The notes: a model not told the origin generated them from the sequence alone. A stretch of 64,000 bases of DNA from Octopus vulgaris (GCA_951406725.2 OX597818.1:81654001-81718000), one strand, 5' to 3'. Shown: positions 39,531-52,293, counted from the first letter of the stretch. Program-made: numbers and translations.

Positions 39531-40464
39531 ATCGGGGAATTACCTCCCTTTGCAGGTTAAAGGACACCGTGACGGTGTCGGGCCTATCTGGTGACGTCGA
39601 TGTTCGCCTGGGGCTAAATGCAACAGTAACACCCCCACCACCCTGCCCTGTCCCTAGCCATATTCAGATGGCTTTAGTCCCTTATGTTATATATATATAT
39701 ATATATACAAAGTGCGTGGGAAGTATCTATGCATTATATATTGCTTATATAACTTTTAGTATCACTGAAGTCAAAACAAAAATATATTTTAAACGGCTAA
39801 CACGTTGCTGGCCTTGTGCAAAAATTTGAAACATATATATATATTGATATATTGATAAACATACATAGTAAACTGCTCTTTATCATTTCCGACGATGAGT
39901 ATCTAAGTTATAAGATCAACCAAATTGCTCACTAATTCAATTGTCGTGTAAATGGCTCAGTGTTTTACTATTCTACAAGAATATCAACTTTAATATAATT
40001 TTCTCCAAGAATCAGCGTTACGCAAATTATGACACGACTGGCCGTTTAAATTACAGCTGGCCTCCATCCAAACAGGTTTCTGCACAATTTCAGGTCATCT
40101 GCTTAATTTCATTCGCATTGCTTATATCTACCAGTGGCTATAGATTAAAGAAATAAAAACTAACCAGACATCCATGCAGTAGTTCATCGTTTTCCGAAAT
40201 AGTTTTTTAAAACTACTACGCCATACTTGTTGCCAAATTTGCATTCATATCCACATTCAAACCCATCCGCAAACACGATCAAAACACAACCATATATGCA
40301 CATGTATATGTATGTATGTATGTGTGTATGTATGTCTGTATCTATCTAGCTAGCTATCTTTCCATATACCTGTATATATATATGTATGCATGTATGTATA
40401 TATCTATATATATGTATGTATGCATGTATGTGTATATGTATACATATGTATGTATATATATATG

Positions 40465-40516
<52 letters not shown>

Positions 40517-40609
40517 CGGTAGCATTTTTCTTGACTGCCACGTTAGCTTGCCGATAACAACTAATACCCAGTACTGTAGTCGTCGTCTCCTTTAAAGAGA
40601 TTTAGAATG

Positions 40610-40689
<80 letters not shown>

Positions 40690-40834
40690 TATATACACGC
40701 ACACACGCACACCCATATATATATACATATATATATATATACATATATATACATACATATATACACATACACACATATATATATATATACACTCACAAAC
40801 AGTCGCATTTACACCTGTATATATACATACGTGT

Positions 40835-40865
<31 letters not shown>

Positions 40866-41199
40866 CGTGTATGTGTCTGCGTGTGTGTGTATGTGCGTGC
40901 TATTTCAAGAACGAATGTATTGTTTATATATTATAGCAGAGGTTCGTAAACGCTTCTATGGATGCTGGAAGCCATCACTGAGACAATATATGGAAGATTG
41001 AAAGCATTTTAATTTTTACTGCAGAACTGTTTGAGGCATTTCCAATTTATATTTTTAATGTGGGCATATTTGGGTGTATAAGTGTGTGTGTGAGTGACAG
41101 ACAGATGTTTGTAATCACATATAATATGTATAAAAATACACACTCACATACATATATATAGATATATAATATAAGCAATATATATATAGATATATATAT

Positions 41200-41330
41200 G
41201 ATGTAATCTCCAAGGATAGAGGCATCCAGCAACAGGACCTCCGTAATGCCATGATGGACCGTGAAGTCTGGCGTAGCATAGTAAACTCCATTGTCTCGAC
41301 CACGGTCGAACAATGATGATGATGATGATA
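41200..41330 (+). mobile_element. RTE-type LINE 3' end with (GAT)n tail
   Basis: Translates ISKDRGIQQQDLRNAMMDREVWRSIV (the typical DR..WR ending), followed by TGATGATGAT. Confidence 0.7.
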
Positions 41331-41584
41331 ATATGTGTGTGTGTGTTCGTGTTCAGTATTTATATTGTTGTTTTCGTGATAGAATTGGTCTTAGAGGTGT
41401 TCCTATTTTGGTTTTAGTAGCCAGAACCAAGAGAGAAAGTGGTCTCATAGAGACAAAGATATGCACACACCCACCCATACACACACACATTCAACATTAC
41501 AGTCCTACACACACGCTTGTACGTATATGTGTATATATGTATATGTGTGTGTGTATGTATACGCATATATATATATATATATAT

Positions 41585-41977
41585 AGGCGCAGGAGTGGCT
41601 GTGTTTGTAAGTAGCTTGCTTACCAGCCACATGGTTCCGGGTTCAGTCCCACTGCGTGGCATCTTGGGAAAGTGTCTTCTACTACAGCCTCGGGTCGACC
41701 AAAGCCTTGTGAGTGGATTTGGTAGACGAAAAGTGAAAGAAGCCCGTTTGTATATATGTATATATATATAAGTGTGTGTGTGTTTGTGTGTTTGTGTTTG
41801 TCGCCCTAGCATTGCTTGACAACCGATGCTGGTGTGTTTACCTCGCCGTCGGTTCGGCAAAAGAGAGCGATAGAATAAGTACTGGGCTTACAAAGAATAA
41901 GTCCCGGGGTCGATTTGTTCGAATAAAGGCGGTGCTCCAGCATGGCCGCAGTCAAATGACGGAAACAAGTAAATGAG
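41585..41977 (+). mobile_element. Full-length tRNA-derived SINE family B
   Basis: A box TGGCTGTGT, B box GGTTCAGTCC, CORE-like CTTGGG.AAGTG, internal TA/TG tract, tail GGCGGTGCTCCAGCATGGCCGCAGTCAAATGACGGAAACAAGTAAA. Confidence 0.88.
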
Positions 41978-42614
41978 CAGATAGTAAAAGAGATATACAT
42001 ACATATATATGCAGGAAAAATGCATTAAATACTAAAAGATGTACACGTAGGACAGTCAGAGAAGGGCCTTAATTCATCATCAGTTATTAACATAAGTGTT
42101 AATACTCAGTTTCATGCCTTACTTATAAAACTGAGAACTTCGCATATCGGGCCATCCGACTAATTTTTCTATCTCTCTGCCTTTTTGCACCAGACGCTCA
42201 ACTTGCCGGTAGATATCTCTCTCTTGTCTTGTAATTTCACTTTCTATATCAATTCAGAATTCCTTCCAGTCGTTACCCACCATCGTCGTCTGTTTGGTTG
42301 AAAGGCTGTAATTATTTCGTGTTCGTCAATCACATTTGTTTATTTTCGTACGTTTACCCTGTATCGTTTGGTTTGCTCCAGCCCTAATTCTCCGCAAATT
42401 TTGCGGGTGCCACCGATATGTATAGATCTTTGCCTTACAATTAAAGACATAAAACTGAGTATTAATATTTCGGTTGATAACTGATGTAGAATTATGGTCC
42501 CTCTGTGTCTCTGCTATGTTTACCGTCTTTTGGTACTTAATACGCTTTTCATTTATTCAGCAACTACACGACACACATCCTGACTTTTGTTAACAGTAAT
42601 TTTATATATATATA

Positions 42615-43709
42615 CTAGCAGTATCACCCGGTGTTGCTTGGGTTTGTTGCGATCCTTTAGAATTGGAATTTTTGAAAAGTAAAAATTTTGCTTTATGCAA
42701 CTTGTTATTCTCTTCAAGTGAACATTTTCCCAGTTGAAATACACCGAAAAATGGTGACACAGCAGTCAAAAATCGTAAAAAATAGAGATTTTCATTGAAA
42801 AAAAGCACCTTTTTGATGTAAATAATTTTTGGTGTTAACATGGTCCGATTTGAATTTTATCATCTTCAAAATGAAGAGCAAGCCTTCTTCTATCATACGC
42901 TCAATTTTAGTCAACTTGCGCCGCAGAGTCTCGGAGGAGATATTGTTAGTTGAAGGCTACCAAACCTGCCACACACAGACAACATCAGCTTTATATATAT
43001 AGATTTGCTACACGCTACTTTCCATCCTTAATAATGAAACTTGGTAGATCCAAAAGTTAAACACACAGACACACACACACAGATACACACACAGACACAC
43101 GAGTTGAGTTTTATATATATAGATTTCTCAACGGGGATTTCAGGGGAGAGTTTCAGGGAGTCGCTGGCGATGTATCGTGATGATCAAAAATTCGGCCTGC
43201 TAAAATTGTGTTAAAGTGTTTCAAACTGCAGACTCAACGCAAAATGGTCACATTTAATTCAAAGCGTTAAAAATGTTATGAAAACAACTGGTATGTGTTC
43301 ACAAAGTCCAAACGATTAATACGAAAATACCCTCCAGGCTACATCCCGAAAATTCATTTCCTTGCCGAATTTCTACAATGTTTACGGCGATTCGTTTTTA
43401 TATCTTGATTTTTTATTTTTCATGCAATTTACGCATGCTTGCACGCGTGGTGAACACAGTTCACATCAAACAGCTGACTGAGTTCACTATTCAATGCATG
43501 GGATAAGGCCTAAACAAACACATTATCGATTTTTGCACTTGCGAGATGAATTTCGGAACAGAAATAGCGCAGTTCAATTTTCATTCGCCTAAACTTTAAG
43601 TGAACCATTTTTGGTGGTTCTACGATTTTTTGGGTAGGAGGAGATGTGCCAGGAAGTTAAACACACAGATACACACACAGACACACAAGTTGAGTTTTAT
43701 ATATATAGA
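42615..43709 (-). mobile_element. Composite non-autonomous Helitron (one 3' end, three stacked 5' ends)
   Basis: 3' end A-CTAG-CAGTATC-ACCCGGTGTTGCTTGGGT; 5' TCTATATATATAAA ends at 43003, 43123 and 43709. Confidence 0.75.
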
Positions 43710-43713
43710 TGTG

Positions 43714-43749
<36 letters not shown>

Positions 43750-43774
43750 TGTATGTATGTATGTATGTATGTGC

Positions 43775-43830
<56 letters not shown>

Positions 43831-44204
43831 TATGAAAACTAATGAGACTGCCACGAAAATGCGGACTACGGACTGCTTGTAGGGAAATGCACCAACTCCT
43901 CAGATATTTATGAAACAGCTGTAAAGATCAATGTATACATACATGTGTGTGCTTGTGTGTGCGTGTGTGTGAAGACGCGTGGCTTAATGGTCAGGATATT
44001 CAGGTCACGATCGTAAGGTTGTGATTTCGACAACCGGTGGCGCGTTTATACTTTAAGTAAGACACACCGTTCACGTTACTCCGTTCGACTGCTAGAAAAA
44101 GTGAGTAGTACCTGTAATACGAATGGCTGGCCTTGTCAAGTTCTGCGTCCACCCAAACACACACACATACACACATATGTATATATGTATATATATATAT
44201 ATAT

Positions 44205-44271
<67 letters not shown>

Positions 44272-44558
44272 TTTAACAATTAAGGATAACCTCTTAATAA
44301 GGGATCTTAACAAGAAATTATCGGGTAGTTAGCGTGAAAACCTCATAAAAGAAAAGAATTCGAAAATAATTTTTTTCTTTTGAACAAATTAATTATATCT
44401 ATATTGTATAGAGGGCATTATTACACATAAATGCCTCACACTAAGAGGGACAAAGTCATTACTACCAAAATTATACTAATTAGTATAATTTTAGTATAAT
44501 TTTGGTAGTAATGACTTTGTCCCTCTTAGTGTGAGGCATTTATGTGTAATAATGCCCT

Positions 44559-44604
<46 letters not shown>

Positions 44605-44608
<4 letters not shown>

Positions 44609-44830
44609 GCTGGAATTTACAAAAAGATACAAAAGACGAAGACATGTGTGTAAACAACAAACAGTTGCATTAGAATAACGCTCGGGAAGGTGAGAAAATC
44701 CTTTACGTTTCGAGCCTACGCTCTTCAACAGAAAAAAAAACACGAGAACATAAACAGAGCTAGAATTAAAAGAATGCTTTAGTGGTTAGTGGTCAATCAT
44801 GGCGATGGTCGGACAGGAGAGCTAGGAAGA
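44605..44830 (-). mobile_element. PLE-like terminal fragment with a minimal hammerhead-like motif (44700-44735)
   Basis: Minus strand CTGTTGAA-GAGC-GTAG-GCTC-GAAAC-GTA; homologous to 15961-16150. Confidence 0.58.
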
Positions 44831-45009
44831 AGGGAACATAATAAAATAGCAGCGATCCCAAAACGATGGTGCGCATGCGCGTGTATGTGAGTGTGTGTGT
44901 GTGCGTGTGGATCGGGGCTGGTGACTTTGACGTGTGGGTGTGTGCATGTGTAGGTGTTTGGATGATGGTGTGGGTGCTAGGAAGTGGTCAGACCTAATGT
45001 GTGCGGGGT

Positions 45010-45275
45010 GGTCTGATGTGGTGTAGTGGTGTGTGGTTTGGTGTGTGTGTTCGGAATTGTTCAATCCTAGTGTGTGCAGGGTGGTGGGATATGGTGGTGT
45101 GCTGTGCTGTGGGTTGTGTTGTGGTGTGATGGTGTAGTGATGTGTGGTATGTTGTGTTGTGGTGTGGTGCGGTGTGGTGTGGTGCGGTGTGGTGCGTTGT
45201 GGTTTGGTGCGGTGTGGTGTGGTGCGGTGTGGCATGATGCGGTGTGGTGGTGTGTGGTGTAGTGTGGTTGTGTAG
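45010..45275. repeat. Degenerate (GGTGT)n/(GTG)n low-complexity repeat
   Basis: Direct sequence. Confidence 0.9.
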
Positions 45276-46044
45276 GGGTATGGGGGATGCGAGGGTGAAA
45301 TGTATGTATGTATGTATATCAATATATACACGACGGTCTTCTTACAGTAGCCGTCTATCAAATCCATTCACATGCTATAGTCGGTCCTGGATTATTCAGA
45401 ATGTCACAAAACCACAGTGCACCAATCATTATTGGTATAAATGCAAATATGTAATCTGGATATAAAAGCTGGAGGCTTCCGAGCGGTTGTCCATATTTAT
45501 TTCTCTTTGATACGTATGTAAGTAAGTATGTATGTATGTATGTATATATGTATATATGTATAAATATATGTGTGTATATGTATATGCAGACAAATATACA
45601 TGGACATGTACAAGAGCATGCATATACATATACATATAAACGTATACATATGTTTCAAGGTGCACCCGTATATACGCTCTCACACATAAATACATGCATG
45701 CATACATACATACATACATACATACATACACATGTCTTTGTATATTAAGCTATACATATCTTAAGCTTAAGGAAGTTCTATATGTTTTTACTCACGTAGA
45801 CATATATGGCGGTAATTAAGCATTAGATTAATAATATCGTTTAAATTTTTACTAATTACAAATTAAAGTATCTGGATGTTAATTACTGAAGATGTAAAAA
45901 CATAATTCTCCGTTAACAGGAATCGGTTGAGTTTCAGATTGGTTTTAAAATAGAAATGTAATTCAAATATAAAGCATTTCGAATGCGAACATTTACCGTG
46001 GGTATCTACGAAAGTAAAGTTACACTATTTATACCTATATATTA

Positions 46045-46425
46045 TTCATTCACTGGACTGCGGCCATGCTGGCGTACCGCATTGAAGAATTTAGTCAAAT
46101 CGACACGATAATTTATTCTTTAAAATCTGGTACTTATTCTATTCTATTGGTCTTTTTTAGCAAGTATAGGACAAACCAACACGACTAAACAGCTGACGCT
46201 GCAGTACAAACCGAAGAAAAAAAACACATGCACAGACGCACTAACACAGACACATATACATAATCATGATGGGACCCTACACATTTATCATCTATTAAAT
46301 CCACTCACAATGCATTGGTTACTCGGAGCTATAGCAGAAGACTTTGCCCAAGGTACACACAGTGGTACTGAAACCGAAACTATATGGTTGGAAAATGTTT
46401 TAACCATACAGCCAAGACTGCGCCG
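46045..46425 (-). mobile_element. SINE family B copy (diverged)
   Basis: GACTGCGGCCATGCTGG...AAATCCACTCACAA...ACCATACAGCCAAGACTGCGCC. Confidence 0.75.
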
Positions 46426-46667
46426 AATCAATAATTAAACAAATAAAAAGAAAACTTGAACAAACAGTTAACTTACAGGCGTAATCTGTAATTAGAGTTC
46501 GTTTGTAGAACAATATACATGTTCAAGAATTTAGTCTGGTTTTGTGCGAAAGTTTTTATTATAAAGAATAGATGAATTTCAAAAATGCGGCGTTATTTTT
46601 TTATGCTAGAAATGATATTTTCTTTCTACAGGGTGTATATAGAAACTCGAACAAAAAAAAGTGAGTG

Positions 46668-46764
<97 letters not shown>

Positions 46765-46910
46765 CATACATACATATATACATGCATGTATATATGTATA
46801 TACACAAACACATGCATATGCACATATATGTACATACACATATAAGTATATATATAGATATATGTTTGTGAATATATATATGTATATATATATATATATA
46901 TATACATATG

Positions 46911-46960
<50 letters not shown>

Positions 46961-47545
46961 CATATATATACATACATATAATATACATATACACACAATC
47001 TACACATAAACACAAACGCACGCACATAAGCAGACATTCCTACGTATATATCTGTATGTTCTATGTGTGTATAGGCATGTATGCATGGGTGGATATATGA
47101 ACGTATACATGTATCAACATAAGTATGTATTCCTGTATTTGTCTATGCATGTATCAGCATATATGTTTTAAACCGTTGATTAAAAACAAACAAACCAATA
47201 AGATGTCGGTTCTTATCAAATTATGTTTCTTAATTATATAGTCAGATTACAGTTACGTCTGTCGCCTTAACTAGACCGTTAACGTCTGCATTTTTTGAAG
47301 TTCTTAATTATGTCTCAATATACACTCCCATGTGCGTACCCATGTATCTATGCACATATGTATTTATCTCTTTGTATGTATTTATATATGTATACATATT
47401 TATATATACATACAAGTATATATATAAATACATATATATATATATATACATATATATACATATATTTGTGTGCGTGTGTGAATAACTCTATGTATATACA
47501 CACACATACCCGCAAACATATACATACATACATACATACATATAC

Positions 47546-47631
<86 letters not shown>

Positions 47632-47729
47632 GTGTATATATACATACATGCACACACATACACACATATATATGAATATATATTTTAAAATAAATTAATA
47701 TAAATGCATTAATATAATTATATATGTGG

Positions 47730-47760
<31 letters not shown>

Positions 47761-48351
47761 ATTATGAACATATATATATATATATAGATATATATACATA
47801 TATATATATATACACACATACAGATATCATAAAGACGTGTATGGTTGTGTATGTTTACGTTTTAATCTTTTTCTGTGCCTATAAAATTAATTTGTGTGTG
47901 TGAATATATATATATGTGCGTGTGTGTGTGTTTGTATGTGTGTGTTTGTGCGTGTGTGTATGTATGTGTGTTTGTGCCTGTGTATCTGAGCATTTATGTA
48001 TGTATTTATCACAGATTTCGAGTAATATATACCCGTTAGGCGAATACATTGATGTGCAAAATGTGTTATATACCTTAGAAATGTTGTGTGCACATATACA
48101 TATACATACACACATATATATGCATGTATGCATGTATATATTTATGCATTTATATGCGTCTGTTTGTTTGTTTGTGTGTGTATATATATATTGACGTTGA
48201 TAACAGTGACTTCGAAACTTCACCCGTGCTGGCTTATTTAATCTGTCAGTTTGAATAAGCTCCACCGCTGGTGAAAGCTGGAAGCTACTTCAACAAAATG
48301 ATAAGAAATAACTGTTCATAAACATACATACGTACATACATACATAAACAA

Positions 48352-48432
<81 letters not shown>

Positions 48433-49517
48433 CATAAATACATATATACATACACATACACACATATTCACGCTCACACAATATATGCCTTCGTATTGTC
48501 ATGTGTTTGAGTTTACAAACATATTCATCTCTCTTTCACTCTCTCACTCTCGCTCCCTCTCTCTCACTCCCTCTCTCTCTCCTTTTGTCTGTATATCAGT
48601 ATATGTAATAGCGTATATGCAAATATATTAAGACAGCATTAAACATAATTAGATAAAACCTGAATATGTGTCGGTATAATAGTATTACATAATTATTAAA
48701 AACTTTACTGTAGCATTAAATCTTCCCACGAATCTGACTTTTGAAGCTGTTTCGAATGCCAGGGAGCCATAGAGAAAACTCCGAAACTAAAGAAAGAATA
48801 CAATGAAAGACTGGGTATGTCCACTTTAAACAAACTGAACTTTATAAAAAATACTCAACAGAGCAAGAACAAAAAATTAACCACTCAGAGATAAGTAAAT
48901 AATTTTCTGAGTTCTGGAAAATTGGGCTGGTGACTAGTTTTCTATGATGTATTTGTTGATCGGGATCATAACATTTCCCATGAACGGCACAGCAGCCCGT
49001 CGCATTGTTACTCGTTTATAGTTTAGTGAACTCGAGCAACATTAAACGAAGTGTCTTACTGAAGATAACAACGCATTTCCCGATTTGGGAATGATAAACC
49101 ATGATGTTGTGTGCGTGAGTGCAACAACCTAACTACTTGGTCACGCACCATCACCTTTCAGAGATACACAACTCATTACTTCTTGTAAAAGTAATATCAG
49201 AGTAAAACTATCTGAAGAAAGTACATACTTTGAATACTTCGTTATAGGATCGTAAAATAAATTTATTACACTTAACCAAAAAGTAAAGGAATGTATTAGC
49301 AAATCAGCTGAAGAAAAATTCAATAAACTTCAAACTACAGATTGAGCTCCCCTCGTTCACAAGTGTCTCATCTTTCTGATGGATAATCAACCTGATAGTA
49401 GAAAGAATAACATTAATATACTAAACGTAATACAGAATTTATACTACATTACCGTACGGAACAAAGGCAAAAACCGAATAGAAATGCATTTGTGGGTAAT
49501 ATTATACTAAATGAGAT

Positions 49518-50232
49518 ACGGTTGTGAGCTGGCAGAAAAGTTAGCACGCTGGGCGAAATGCTTAGCGGTGTTTCGTCTGCCGTTACTTTCTGAGTTCAAA
49601 TTCCGCCGAGGTCGACTTTGCCTTTCATCCTTTCGGGGTCGATTAAATAAGTACCAGTTACGCACTGGGGTCGATATAATCGACTTAATCCGTTTGTATG
49701 TCCTTGTTTGTCCCCTCTGTGTGTAGCCCCTTGTGGGCAGTAAAGAAATAGGTATTTCATCCCTCAGTACATTCTGAGATCAAATTCTGCCGAGGTCGGC
49801 TCTATTTTTTTATCCCTCTGAGGGTGGGGTGGGGTCAATTAAATAAACACGAATTCAATACTGGTGACGATGTAATCGAATAATTCCCGTAATTGCTGGC
49901 TTTGTGCCAAAATTTGAAACTACCGAAATGAGACGCTGAGCTGGCAGAATTTTTACTGTGTTGCATAAATTAGTTAGCAACATTTTTTCCCTTGTTTTAC
50001 TTTCTGAGTTGTAATCCCACCAAGATCGACTTTGTATTTCATCCTTTCGGATAAAGTTAGTTTTGACCAATTACAATTAGTACTAGCCGATTATCACAAA
50101 ATTAATACGATAAAATCAATACCAGTCAATAGAATAAGATTAACTAAATACCGAGCAAACACTGGAGTCCATCTAATCAACTAAATTTCTTCGTTTAAAA
50201 TTACTGGCCTAATGCCAAAATTAGAAAGAATA
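49518..50232 (+). mobile_element. Cluster of three SINE family A copies or fragments
   Basis: GAGCTGGCAGAA heads at ~49526 and ~49939; GAGGTCGACTTTGCCTTTCATCCTTTCGGGGTCGAT core. Confidence 0.82.
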
Positions 50233-50802
50233 TTACTATACAGAATAAAATTTTCGCACAAAAATGAGCAAATAACAGCAATAGAAGCTACATTTAAATC
50301 AAAGCGCAAACCAAGAATCGACACGAATTTACTGCAGTTATGAATTCAACTATGAAAGTAGTTGTAGATATAAATATTGAACTCAGATCCGTCTCAGCTG
50401 ATTTTAGCAGTTACAGGATCATTCCCTTGATACCTCATTACAAACTGCAACGATATATGAATTATAGCGTTATTGTCTGCACTTTTGAAGACGACACTGG
50501 GAAGGTGCCACGTAGTGTTAATAGACATAGGAAAGTTATTACTCAACCTAAGGATCAATAATATGGAAAGATGAAGCAGTCACTAATAAAACGATTAAAC
50601 TCAGACACAGTTCTATCTTCTATATATCACAAACACATAAGTTTGCATATATATCAAATATATATCAAATAATGTAGATAAAATGACAATTAAATCATAC
50701 GCTTAGATATATAAATATGTATCTAAGTGTAATGGATGCATAAATTTATAGTGGAGGGATATTAGTTTATATTGCAAAGATTAGCGCAAACTGATGAAAT
50801 AT

Positions 50803-51062
50803 TCCATCTATTCATCCATCCATCATTTCCTCAAGTATTCCTGTGAGAGTCGTAGAGGTAGAATCCTTAGCCACCTCCCCCATTGGGTCCTATCAAAAGC
50901 AACCGTCAATATCCTTTCTGGCCTGGTACCCAAGCTTGACCAACAGATAGTATGGATAGTATCCAACCATCCCATTTTTGGACTACCATTATGTCTGCTA
51001 CCGGTTGGCTCGACTTGAAGAATCCGTCTTGCCGTTTTTCTTTTCTCCCATTCCAATCACAT
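50803..51062 (-). mobile_element. RTE-type LINE 3' end with (GGAT)n tail
   Basis: RRILQVEPTGSR..G.PKMGWLDTI...DRTQW.R, then ATCC repeats. Confidence 0.78.
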
Positions 51063-51251
51063 GTCCGTGGTACCAGAGCTGTGATTACTCGATACGGAGA
51101 AGTAACAACTCGACCTGGAGACAGCCTGATCGACAAGTATGAAAGATAGAGATAAAATATTTTGAGTTTGAAAGAATATCCATCAGGTTGTGGAATCTTA
51201 TATTGAAGATATTGAGGGTCGCAATTAAGCATTAATTTTAAAGGAGAGTAA

Positions 51252-51592
51252 GGCGGCAAGGTGGCAGAATCATTAGAACACCGGGCAAAACGCTCAGCGG
51301 AATTTCATCCGTCGTCATGTTCTGGGTTCAAATTCCGAGGTCGACTTTGCCTTTCATCCTTTTGGGGTCAATAAAATGAGCACCAGTTTAACACTGTGGT
51401 CAATGGAATTGACTTAGCTCCACCCCCAAAAATTGTGCCAAGGTTTGAAACCAATACTTAAGGAGAGTAGAAGGCAGGGAGCAAGCAGAAATGTAGGCAT
51501 GCCGGGCAATATGCTTAGCGGCATTTTGCCCCTTTTTACGTTTCGAGTTCAAATTCTGCCGAGGTCGACTTTGCCTTTCATCATTTTGCGAT
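51252..51592 (+). mobile_element. Two tandem SINE family A copies
   Basis: Heads at ~51252 and ~51472 with the B box GGTTCAAATTC and the conserved core. Confidence 0.82.
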
Positions 51593-51595
51593 AAG

Positions 51596-51927
51596 TAGCC
51601 GCACGACATCGTGAAGTATATTTGCCACCTAAATGTGACTGATCCTTAAGGGTCAATGCTACTGTAGTTTGTAACCCCAGGATGACATCTCCCCCAGCTG
51701 GCTATTGACACACTATCTGTAATCTATCAGCATTCGCAAAGGGAAGTCATTGTTCCCATCTTCAGCCTGATGTGATACACACGGACCCGAGATTTTAGGG
51801 CACAGATAGTGTGTCAATAGCCAGCTTGAGGAGATGTCATCCCGAGGTTAAAAGCTACAGTTGCATCGACCCTTAAGGGTTAGCCACATTTAGGTGGCAA
51901 ATATACTTCACGATGACGTGCGGCTAC
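51596..51927. mobile_element. Inverted-repeat element with ~125-bp arms, related to the 361-bp unit family
   Basis: GTAGCCGCACG.CATCGTGAAGTATATTTGCCACCTAAATGTG... is mirrored by ...CACATTTAGGTGGCAAATATACTTCACGATGACGTGCGGCTAC. Confidence 0.8.
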
Positions 51928-52045
51928 TGTTTACATCTCGCTCAGAGATATATTATTTATTATTAATTGCTTATAATATATCCTCCGTAATGTATCTTTA
52001 CATTACTTTTTAATTATATATGAACAAATACACACACACACACAC

Positions 52046-52097
<52 letters not shown>

Positions 52098-52099
52098 GA

Positions 52100-52293
52100 A
52101 GGAAACCGGGTTCAAGGCTTCAAGACTCGTCATCAGGGTCTGTAGTAGAAGATATTTGTGTAATGTAATACGCAATGGGATTGAACCCGGAGGCATGCAG
52201 TTAGGAAGCTAACTTCTCACCCTACAGCTACGCCTACAGCATATACATACATACAAACGCGCGCACACACACACACATATATATGTATGAATG

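Larger units (their letters stand above)
38353..39690. mobile_element. Tandem plus inverted array of a 361-bp hammerhead-containing unit (candidate retrozyme / non-autonomous PLE)
   Basis: Units at 38353-38713 and 38714-39074 plus 6 bp; inversion junction at 39080/39081; inverted arm 39081-39690; (TA)n on both sides; copies almost identical. Confidence 0.85.

Noticed and set aside
38353-39690. CRISPR array, TIR DNA transposon or SECIS reading of the array
   Set aside because: No unique spacers or cas genes. The arms are asymmetric permutations, not fixed TIRs. The ATGA..AAA spacing does not fit a SECIS.
38288-39829. Repeated 61-107 aa ORFs (MVRVWFPLHRG..., MVSRCIAY...) in the 361-bp unit
   Set aside because: No recognisable domain. 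The ATGs come from the CCATGG palindrome of the ribozyme on both strands, and 361 is not a multiple of 3. RNA structure explains the sequence better.
42070-42115. CTGATGA and GAAAC on the minus strand as a hammerhead
   Set aside because: No stem II or stem III geometry links them.
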